From Podarcis filfolensis (Eukaryota), in assembly GCA_964270895.1 (NCBI GenBank), contig OZ185442.1: a stretch of DNA of 64,000 nt; one strand, 5' to 3'. The notes under the pieces are model-generated. The model ran no database searches and was not told where the DNA came from. It worked only from the letters and a program-made list of their open reading frames with translations. This document shows, piece after piece, positions 25,101 through 37,100 of this stretch. The stretch's first letter is position 1. Every line of letters begins with the position of its first letter. The translations under genes were made by a program, and so were the position numbers.

Positions 25101-28100
25101 CTCAGAAGCCGGGATGCCCAGCAGGCACTGCCCAGCTTTCGGCAGCTGCCCATTACTTGTGAGCTCAGGACTGGTGACCCCAAAGCAAGTGGCTGGTGGG
25201 AAATTGCAAGGCACTCTCCTTTCGGGCTCTTCAGCCACTTTGACACCATTGGATGTTGCCACCTGCTGGACTTCACTGCACCGATAGTTCGCCATATCCC
25301 ATCCCTGCACTAGGGAAATGAGCTTCTGGATGGGAGTGTCTCTGTTTTCAGGTTTTTTGCTTAAATTGCCTTTTGCTCCTCTTTTCCTTTCAGGCTGTCT
25401 GAAACAGCAGGAACTGTCCCACCCATCTGTGGACTGGCTATATCCTTCCCAGTTATTTCTTCGCTTTGATCCCTTGGTTGGGGAAATGTGGGGAGACTTT
25501 TCATTCACTCTGTCTCTTTCTTCCAGGTCTTGTGTATTTCTAGATATATTCCAGCTATTGGCACATTGGTCTAAATCCACAGCAATATAGGAGTGCTAGA
25601 AAAGAAAAGAAAAGAAAAGAAAAGCGAAAATTTCCATTAAAATTCTAAGATAGAGTGTAATTTGGCAGTGTCAATGTATCCTGTTTTGCAACTGCTTTAA
25701 TATCAGAGTTCCCTTAGAATCAGTATAACAGGATTCTGTTATAATCTTATGAGGTGTGGCAGCTGCTTTTGTATCTTTGGAGGGTGAATAATAAATTGGG
25801 CTCTTTGAGAAATGCTGAGGATTATAGAACCTTCCAGAAATGATTGGGAGAAAGTTAAGACAGTTTAACATTAGAGGTTTGTAAGGTAGACTCATTCTAA
25901 ACCACAGGGATGACTGCCAACTTGGACGGCCTTAAAAGAGGGTTAGACAAATTCATGGAGGGTAAGGCTATCAATGGCTACTAGCCACAATGGTCATGCT
26001 CTGCCTCCATGGATGGAGGTAGGTTTGTTTCTGAATGCTAGTTACTGGAAACCATTGGAGGGGTGAGTGCTCTTGTACTTGGCTCCTGCTTGTGGGTTTC
26101 TTACAGGCATCTGGTTGGCCACTGTGGGAGCAGGAAGCAGGACTAGATGGGTCAGTGGCCGGTTCCAGCAGGCTCTTATGTTCTTAATGATAATATTGAG
26201 TGAAGATCAACCTTACATTTTGAGGCTCTTCACCAGACTCTTGTTCTTTCTCTGGCACTGCAATCTCAAGACTTCTAAATGGAAAAGCTGCTCTTTGAGC
26301 TTCCTGTTGTTGCACCCATAACCTGTAAATAAAACATCACAAGAATCATCTGTGAAGTCAGCCATGGCTTTGGAGGCAGTGTGCCTGCCTCCATATTTAA
26401 GAATATTGCCTGCATCTTCAAAATGTATTAAGATGTAGACACTGAAAAAATGGAGGGGGGAAGTAGAAATTTCAAGCAGTTTGTGAGCAAAAGCTAGAGG
26501 AAGAGGAGGAGGAGTTCGCTGTATCAGTTCCTGGAAAAATGAGACCTTGAGAACTTAGTGGATAGTTTGATGAAAATGTTGACCTAGTGTGCTTCAGCTG
26601 TGAAAAGGATGTATTCCATGCTAGGAATAATCAGGAAAGGATTTGGAAATAAAAGTGGTGATATTATCATGCCATTATATAAATCTATGGCACAACTGCA
26701 TTTGGAATACTGTGTACAGTTCTAGTGACTTCACCTCAAAAAAGTTATTGCAAAGTTGAGAAAGGGGTGCAGCATTACTCCCCTACGAGGCAAGGTTGTA
26801 ATGTTTAGGACTTTTTAGTTTAGAGAAAAGGTGAGTAAGAGGCAACATAATTGAAGTTTATAAAATTAGGCATGTCATGAAAGTATTGTGTCAATACTGT
26901 ATATTTTTAGCAGTATTTGTTTTAATTTGTACTGTGAGCTGCCATGGGTCCTATACTGCAAAAAAGGTGGAATATGAATTACATAGATCAAGAAATCTCT
27001 CCTCCAAAACCTCTTCATTGTACTGATGCCTTCTCACTCTTAAAATCAGGGTTTTTTGTGCCTGACAGTGCTGATGCCACAAACCTCCCATTCAGGAACA
27101 AAGGGCAATGAGCTTGGCAGGAGGGCGGTTGGATAAAAAACTGTTTCCTACCAAACTCCCCACCCCACCCCTGCTTAAAACTGCCTCCCAGCTGTTTACC
27201 ACGAAGAGGGCATTCAGGGATAAACAACTACAGGGGAGCGGCTTGTAGATGTGCTTTGAATTTCTGTAATTCTGGCCTATTGTCCACCTAGCGGGAGTTC
27301 TCATGCCCCCTGAACATCACTGGTTGATACGTGATTTTTTAAAAGATAAAGGAGAAAGAAACTGAGGATACCTGTATGTGTCATATTGATGAAGAGCCTC
27401 GACAAGAGAAGGGATCTGATACGCAGCCACTTCCTGGCACAGCAGAGACCATTCTCTGACAATTAGAAACAAAACTCAAGGCTTGTTTATGCAAATCAAG
27501 TGTGCAGAGAGCCCTGTCAAACTTTGTAAAAACATTATTGGCAATAAACAAGACTGTGCAACTCAAATACAGGTGCTCTAAAAAGCGTGTTGAAGCTCAT
27601 GTCTCATCTTAAAATATCAGGGTGGCACATGTTCCCTCAAGAGCTAACAGGTTTCTCCTCCTTACACTCTGCTGCAAACTCACACCAAATCTTGGGTGTA
27701 AGTCAAAATGGAACATTGGCTATTTACTGTGAAAGTCTGCACTGGCCCAGTGTGTTGTTATATCTTCCACCCACCACCCAGATCAGGCGGGATCACATGA
27801 TACAGCTGAAGAGACTTGAGCAAACAGAGGTTCCTTTGTAGTGCCAAGCTGGAAGCAGAGTAGATGGAAACTGGCACCTCCACAGGACAGCACTACATGT
27901 ATCCCTCACACAGCACCAGAATATGGAGTTTTATGGGAAGTAGCCAGCATTCCACTCTCTGTCCAATAGGAAGGAGGCATCCAGGTGGGACATGCCTAGG
28001 CCACTTTCCCTTGATGGGTGGCACTGAATGGTGACCGTGAGTTTAAGATTGCTGGGGGACTTGCTGCAGCCCCTCTAGCCAAAGACCACTTCTGCCAAAG

Positions 28101-31100
28101 CATAAACTTCCAATTGACAAAGCCCACGTGGCTGTCCTGCATTGGGGGAGAAGGCTGCATTAATGATGAGCTGACCATGTTAGGAACACAGGAAATGGCA
28201 AACATTTCACTTACTTAAATTCAGAAGGCAAGAAGAGTTTGCCAAATCTAAGGAAGTTGAGGATGTGTCGAAAAATTTGTCCATCACCATGGATGAGGAG
28301 AGCCTGACCGTAAGTAATCCAATACACCTTTTTGCTATTTGACAGCAGCTGTGGAAACTGGCAAAAAACAAAACCAATGCCATAAAGAAGAACAGAAGCA
28401 CAACCTGTTTGAAAGAGAAAGCAGCCCTCTTTTGCCCACACTCACCCACAATGAAACAATCCTTACACAACTTTTCTACTCCACAAGGAAAATGTATTAT
28501 TATAGGTTCTGGGTGCCAGAGTTTGTGGGCGGAAAGCACTCATAACTCTTGGATTCAGTAAAAGTTATAATTAATCAAAGTTTGATTAAACTGGGCCAAA
28601 CACAGGAAACCCTGGATTTAGTTAGGCTAATGAGCCAGGCTGAACCATTAATCCATTAAGAAGGCCAATAACACACACACTCGGGCCAGACAGAAAATGG
28701 TGAAAGCCTCTCCTTGAGGTGAGATATAGCAGAGACTAAAGTCCAGTGTTTCAGGAGGGAGGGACAGAAATGCTGTGAGCAATGAGGTAAGTGAACAGGA
28801 AAAGTGTCCTTTTGCAAGCTGAGGCAGCAGGGGTGGGTAGGCTAGAGCATGAGGCAAGCAGTCCATTTTATGCTGCAGAGAAGGTCAGACAGGATGTTGG
28901 AGTCTCTTGGAATATGAGGCTGCAGCAATGGGAAGAACAGGAACCTCTTGGGATATGAATGTTCTATGCTCTCTCGGTCTAGACACAGGTTGTATATATG
29001 TGTAAATAAAGCATGTACTGTAGAGGTGTGAATTACCTTCAGTTTGTGTGCTAGTCTGTAACACTGTTATCAAGTATGTCTGCAAAGTCCCAGGTTCAAT
29101 CTCCAGCATATCCAGTTAAGGAGTATTTGTATGCCATGAAGCTTTCTTCCTTGTAGCCTTCTCTGGCTGTCTCTCCAGAACTATCTCAGGCAGAGAAGAT
29201 TCTTCTCTCATCACCAGTTAATTAACCCTTTAAACTGAAGATGGTAGAGACTAAACCTGAAGCACTAGAAAGCTGCTGGGAAAGTAAAGAGCACCAAGCC
29301 AAGCGGGCCAATGATCTGACTTGGGATAAGGCAGCTTCAGGTGTTCATATGAACTATTCCACTAGGATGTGGGGGGGGGACATGTTAAAACATTCCTGCC
29401 CATAGAAAGCAAGCATGTGACAAGGTGAGCTCAGAACCTTTCATGCCAAAATGCTAGCAGAACTGAAGTTTAGTGCCACCTCCCACAAGTAGGTTGATAC
29501 AGTTCAGTGCAAGCACCTCAATGCTTTTAGGAAATTGGCCTGAAGGTTCAGACTATCAAAAGGCAAGAAAGGCAATGTAACACGTTCTTAAGAACTGTAC
29601 CTTCAGTAATGTTTGCAAGTAAGTTGCGTACCAGTGACTTCCTACATACACTTTGACAATATGATGGAGTGAAAAGACTGTTAGTCCTGCTGCCCAGCCT
29701 GCATGTGAAAGAGAAACAGAATGCAATTTTAAACGCATTGCTGCTTTTGTCAGTGTGGTGAACACCCTTGATCCACAAAATCCCTCCCTATTGCAAGCTC
29801 ATATACAAATGTTTTGCCCATGCAAGGAGCAGCAGATAATCTACTGAACTCGAAAAGCAAGTTTTCAAGCAAGTTTCCCCTCCATTTGCCCTTAGAGCAG
29901 GGCAGTTTTCAGCTGGCCCATGGGGAATGACAGCCATACCAGCCTACAGCTCAGCATTCATGCACATATTGCCAATTACTCAACATAATGCCATTTTTTG
30001 CTCACTTCTATTAATGCTTACAAAGACTCCTTTGCAGTCGCAGGTCAAAATTTACTTTAGTCTTACTTCAGTACACTGTAGCAGAAAGTTTATAACTAGA
30101 GTGGGGAATTAGATCTAGCCAGTGGGCCTGATTCCCAATTCTACCACTGTGGACCAATTTTGACAGCAGTAAATCACCTGACATTAGGTGTCTGCCACCT
30201 GCCAAAGTTCAAATAAGGTCACTGTAACCACTGATCAGCTGTGAGAATGCATTCAGAGGGGCTCGCTGTAACCACTGATCAGTAGTTACAGGGAGCCTCT
30301 TTGAACGAAATCCAAATGGAACTTTTTTCCTCTGCTTGTGGGCTTCCTAGAAGCATCTACTTGCCCACTGCGAGAAAAAGATGTGAGATTAGACGCATCT
30401 TTGGTCTGATCCAGCAGGGTTCTTATGTGTAGAAAGTTGCTGCATATATATGCACAATAACTTCAGTTTAATCATCACAGTTGCCAGCTATCACTTACAT
30501 CACTTGCAGACAGTGGCGGAGCTTCAAGCTCCGGTGGGGCGGGTGGCGGAGAGCAGGTGAGGGGCATGGCTGGTGCGCGACCCAGGGGCATGCCGTGCTG
30601 CCTGCGGGGGTGTGGCACCCAGCACAGGGAGGGGGCAGCCACAATGGCACCCCACCGGGGTCATGCCGCCAGGGGTGATGCATTCCCCCCGCACCCCTGT
30701 TCCTCCGTCAGTGCTTACAGACAGTCCACTAAAGTCCCTGCTTATGTTGCTGTTTTTTGCAGATTATCTGAGGTTACTTGTACACTGCAATAATCAGATT
30801 ATGCTGAAGTGTGCATGTTCTTGGATATAATGCATATTGCTCAGAGAATGTATAATAGCTCTCAAGATATGCACAAACCATGCAGTGTACACAATTCTGC
30901 TAAAATATGCACTTTCTTTGATGTGTCTTGGAGGTTATGCATATCACCTGGAGAATGCGCCAAATGCTGACAAGATACACATATTCCCCAAGGCATCTTG
31001 GAGAATATGCAGTGGTTTATTTTTAAGCATTGGGGTGTGCCTGAGCACACCTGGCAGACTGCCTTCACATCCCTACAGTTACATGCAGTTATATACTTTT

Positions 31101-34100
31101 GTGTGAAATTCTGATTGTGTTGCTATAATTGTAAATCAGAGTATTATGGACATAAAATGCAATGATATTCCTTATAAAGTCATTTGCAATGTTAGTGACA
31201 ATAAACACATTGTGGGGAATGACTACTTATTTTGTAACATCCATTGGTTCAAACATAACGTTTCATATTCTGCTCTTTTATAGCTTAATATTCCATGTTG
31301 TTCATTACTAAAAAGACATTGTTCCCTCCCTTAAAACTCAATAAGAAGGGTCAAACTAGTAACAGCTGACTTACCTTTTCCCACGGTTTCTAAAGGTGCC
31401 TTTTGTTTTAGAAAAGTTTTCAAGGCATCCTTCATTGGCTCATATATGATATCCATTTGATCCAAATAGGCACAGAGTTCAGGAAGCTCAGACATCTTCC
31501 GTGTAAGTGGGAGTCTGCAAGTGCCTAACCAATTCCTTTGGATAAAAAGGGGAATAGACTTAGAAGAAATTACTTTATCTATTTTTGCATATATATTTTT
31601 TAAAGATAGCCATGTGATTTCTTTCCTACTATTTTGGCTACACATGGATTCTCTCCACCACCACCCCAACTCCCAATTTTATTTAAATCAGATTCATTAG
31701 ACAACTAAGAGAAACTTCAGTGTGCCTAAAACCTTCAATTGCAATTGTGCACCTGAAGAACAGTAATTAAGGCTGGTGGAATGCAAACATGGTCAAGAAT
31801 CATATAAATTAACCATCAAAGTACACAAAAGTAAAACCAAATAGGTGTATGGTCAAATGTATTAAGATCAAAGCATTTCCCTACATATTTTGAAGCCACC
31901 AATGATTCCCCTTTTTTTCTAGGGGCACAGCAATTGCTCAAAGACCCAGTCATGCTCTTTTCAATTGAGAAGCTCTTCTCTTTTGAGTTTGAGCATAGTG
32001 CAAGGTCAATTATCCCACCTCACCTCAGTGGTCTTAGGCACACTGACAGCTAATTGGTTCTGCTTTGGTGCAAAAAGACATACATGACATGTTGAAAGAG
32101 AACTCCGTTCCCGGATATATAGAGCTTGTTCCCATCCAGGGTACTCTCCATGTGAAGCTGCCCCAGAGCAGAGTCAGGATATTTGACCAAGAGACCAAGC
32201 GCCATTGGGAACAAAGGGAGACTTGCTGCTTCCTGAACAGCTTGCGGCTTCTTCGTGGTGCTTTTCACAATGCCTTGAAGGTCAGCTGTTCCCTCTGAGT
32301 AGATTCCTAAAAGGGAAATGTACAAATGAGAAATGAACAATTAAGAATTATATTTTATACCTCTCTTGACTTGCTATTCCAGTGAAAGTCCCATGGCCCA
32401 ATCCCCATTTTATTTTGAAATCTATTAATATAGAGATGAGTTACACTGAAAGATGCAATTAAGAACCGCACCAGGGTTCCTCCTGTAGGTCTTCACTGCT
32501 TCTGTGACTTCGGGGATCCCCAGTGCCTCAGCCTCAGCCTCCAGAGCATCCATGTTGGAGAAGTTGTCAGGCAAAAGCATCTTCTCTGAGCGAAGAAAAT
32601 TAGCTAGAAATTATAAAATGAAAAACACAAAGATAAGCCCAGAGTGTAGCAAGACCTCAACCCTATTCTCTGAACCTGCTCCCATAGGTACTAGCAGAAC
32701 ACAGTGCCATCCACCCAGTGGCGTAGCGTGGGTTGTCAGCACCCGGGGCAAGGCAAGTAATTTGCGCCCCCTAACCCGTGGATTTGCGCCCCCTAACCCC
32801 CAGATGTTGCGCCCGGTGCGGCCGGCCCCCCCTGCACCCCCCACGCTATGCCACTGCATCCACCTCCAGTTCATAGAGTTGGTCCAGGACGATACTGTGG
32901 TCAATGATAATTGAAAGCCACTGAAAGTTCTAGCAAAAGAAACAGGGTTGCACTCCCATTGACCACTCTCTTGAAGGTTACCCATCAGGGCACCAAGACC
33001 AAAACCAGACCTAAACCCACAACCTACTCCCACATATTCCACTTGCCCCAACCCTTCGAACATGACCTGTGGTTCTGAGACTGCCTCTGGTAGCATATTA
33101 GTAGTAGAAAGGGTGTTATAATAATTTAAAAAATGAAATAGAAGGAAACACTTATTTCTTGCCTATTGCTGCTGCTGTCTTCCTCAAGGAAAAGGCTTAC
33201 CTATGAAGCGAAACTCACTGCTTTCACATTCTATCAGCACAGCATTGTCAGACAGCCACAGCAAGTTGTCATCATTGACCAAGGAAGGATATTTTTCAAC
33301 CATGTCTAGTGGCACAAAGCAATAATGCACTTCTTCTTCAGTATCTAGCAACGGAGTGTCCATTAGTCCTAGGGGGACTTTCTCATGTAATCCTAATAGG
33401 GAGGAAAAGTGAATGTCAGCAAGGAGCTAGGAAGACCAGAGACAGCAGATAAAGCACTAGAAATCTGAATCCAGAGCCTGGGGTCACACACACCATACAC
33501 TGAAAGCACATGGCTTCCCCCAAAGATTCCTAGGAATTTTAGGTTACCCTTCATGGAGCTAAAATTCCCAGCACCCTTTAACAAACGAGTTTCCAGGATT
33601 CATTGGGGGAAGCAATGTGCTTTCAGTGTTTGATGTGTGACCCCAGTCTACACACGACATCCCATGCAAATAGCACCAGCTGTTGCAGCTGATAATCACT
33701 AGGAATCCCAGCAGGCTAGGAAGCAAGCTTAACCTTTTTTTCCTTGCTGTAGTCCTGTGGAAAAATCCTCATCTGGAGCTGGTATTTGTAACTGAGAAGA
33801 AATTCTCCACTGGTGCAAGCAGGGGAGCAAAAATTCCAACTGCTAAGATCAAGCTCATGATCATCTGTGCTGGCTAATGCTATTTGCATGTTTTTTAGAC
33901 CCGACAAATTAAATACAAAGAAATAGTTGACCTCACATGGTTGTTGATCTTCAGCAAGCTTTGGGATTATCTATGCCAAAAGATTCGCCTGGGTCATTAT
34001 TAATTAATTAATTTATTTAATAAAATTTATACACCATTTGATTTAAACAAAACCCATAATACAGTTTACAAATCTGAAGTATATTTAATGGGTATAAACT

Positions 34101-37100
34101 CAATAAAGGGAATAGTGAAATCTTAGTGAATGTGACAAAGGAATTAAAAATGAAGGGAAATAAAGCTCTGGCACCTCTCAGAAGGGAACCACTGCCATTC
34201 TAAGAGAACAAGGCAGAAGTTCATTGTAAGCTCCAGCACCTCTTTTTCTAGAAAAATAACACTGGTTATTATAATCTCATTCATATATATATATGTATGT
34301 GTATATATGTGTGTGTGTATATATATATATATATCACACATTTTCTCTCTCCTTTCTTATTACCAAAGTACCCAGGATGATGTACCCAGCTCGGTAAAAT
34401 GTAGTAAAAATAATATATAATATATAATATAAAAAACAGATTGAAAACAATTAAGAAAAGAAAGGCAATTAGTAGTAACAATTCATCTGAAAAGACATCT
34501 GGGTAAATAAAACACTTGACTTTGCTCAATTACAGGATTATGTGCCAGTGACTCTAAGGCAGTATCTGTATAACAGACCCAACTCTCTGTTGTCAATGAG
34601 CATCAACTTTCAGTTCAGCCTCCTACCTCTAGGGGACAAAATGAATCTGGTCTTGTGCCTTGCTGCCTTTTATCACGCCTCTGGGACCAAAAGTGACAGG
34701 AACTTGGTTTCCGTTTGGTTTCTCAGGGGATGTTTCTCACAAAATTATACAAATTTGTATTAAGAGTTTTGTCACAAACAACTTAGCAGTGTGCATAAGT
34801 TCAACTGCTAATTTCTCTCTAGAGGACTTAAAAAACAAACACACCACATTCAGCGCCTTCACGGGCATGCTACTTATCCTGTCATAACCCAGACGAGTGA
34901 AAAATAAAGCAAGCCTCATTCTAGAGCAAATGACCCAAGGGGCAGCACTCTAATTAATGTCAGGCAAAAGTTTATTAGGAGGAAGAACAGTGATTTGGAA
35001 TGCAGCCAAACAATTAAACATCAACATCAACTCGTTTTATAATCCTACTGAGATATGTCATTGTAACTGAAAGTGAATGACTGTAATCTGCTCACCTAGC
35101 CACCTGGGGTTGCTTCTGAAGGTTTGGGAATACAGCTGCTAGGCTTAATTGGAATGAGTCATTGCAAGCATCTTGCACCACTAGTCCTCTCCTGTAAAGC
35201 CCTTCTTGACATAGGTCCAGGGTACTTGAATGATGGCCCGTCCCCTCACCTGCCGCTACACTTACATCTGCATTGGAGTTCCTTCGCTGGGTTCCCCCAT
35301 CATCTGAGATATGGCCAGTTGCTATCAGCAAATGGGCTGTTTCAGCAATGGCGCCTGGTTTTGTTTTTAATTTTACTGAAGATTTTCTTGGGTAACAAAA
35401 GTACATACAGTGTTTCAGCTTTCAGTTCATAGAGTCCTTTCTATGGATCAGTTACATTCGATTTGAAACACTAATAATGTTATAGACATTATGAACTGGT
35501 CTTCCCCCCGCCCCCACCCAGAGGCTCACTTGGTGACCACTCTGAAGTTGTTGTGCCATCAGGCAAAGGCTTCTTTGTTTTCCTAGGTGTTTATGCTTTT
35601 TGGCTGATGCTTTTATAGGGCTGCTGCTTTAAGCTTATATTAATGTATTCATGTGATGTGTTATTAAATATTATATTTTAGGTAGTCCTGTTAATGTATC
35701 TGAGGGATGGGGAGATATAAATAAGCAATGACTGAGTTTTCTTGGAGTCCACATCTCCTGGGCTTAACCCGCACTCCATCCACGGGATCATGTGGGCTGA
35801 ATGAAGCCAGGGGAAGTTTATAAAAATTATCAAAGATGTTTGCTGATGATCACTACAATTGTCATTTTGGTCCTGTCTAACCTTAAGTAGTTGCTTACAA
35901 TGGACTTTTACCAGTAAATGCTGGACTTTTAAGAGGAAATTCTGAAGGCTTGCTGATACATTTTCGTGTTCTCCAGTAATTCATAGATGCTCTTTCAGCT
36001 ATTGGTATATCCGCAGGACGGACACGTAAATTATGTTTTCCTTCCTTCAAATTGTCTAAGGTCTGTTAAGACAGGCAAACATCTCTTAAGCATGCATTTT
36101 CATTATATTTAAACAAAATCATAGGAGCGTTAAAAGAGGAGGGCTGCAATACAGCATGGTGCGCATAGCAGAATGCTTTCCTTCGGCTCTGCCATCAATG
36201 ATGTTTGCTTCAGTACAAAGTAAGAGTTCCTAAGCAATGCAAAGCTTAAAGTTTTTAATAAGCCTGTGGTCATCATCATCATCAATGTAAGCGCTATTCT
36301 AAGCTATATGATGCTATTTTCAGGCTCATAAAGATGCTTCCCTTTGGCAAACCTTTTATGTGCTTCTGTTCCGTCATTAAGGAGGGACTAAGGAGGAAGA
36401 GGGAAGGTAGCTTCTCTCCCTTTTCCTGAGGTGGCATCTGGAGAGGCTCAGCTAGGGAGGCTTCAGAAAAACACAAGAGCCTTGCAGCTGGCTCAGCCCA
36501 GAGGGCTAGCACCCTATTTCCATAGTGGCTAATCAGATGCCCCTATAGGGAGTCTGCAAGCAGAACCTGAGCGCAACAGCAGTGCTCTCCCCACTTATGT
36601 CTCCCAGCAGCAACTCAGGTCCTGCTTAGTTGTCCACTCCTCTTGTCATCCAAGTTGGTGGCCATCACCACATCTTGTGAGAGCGAGTTCCATAGTTTAA
36701 CTATGCACTGTGTAAAGAAGGGAGTGATTGCAACAAACAGCATAATTGCTTATTAGCTCAGCAATGTAGGCAGGGGAACCAACTTATTTTTCTGTCTTCA
36801 GGAGAAGCCTAGGAGGAATCTGTCATAGATGTTTTCAGTAAAAGGCAAGTCAGACCTGTGAAACCTAGCAAAGATAACCTATATCCTATTCAGAAGTGTA
36901 AATTACTGTCAACTCAGACAGTTCATGGTTGACCCATTATAACCTGTCATAGGGCTCATCCAGACTTCCTTTTGCACTGTGCTTTCCAGGCACAGGTCCA
37001 CGCTTTAAAGCACTGTTTCAGAACAGTTTATTTTAGTCCCAGCGCTTTATCCGGGAACACTCGCATTTTACCACTGAATTGGAGCAAATGGAAATACAGT

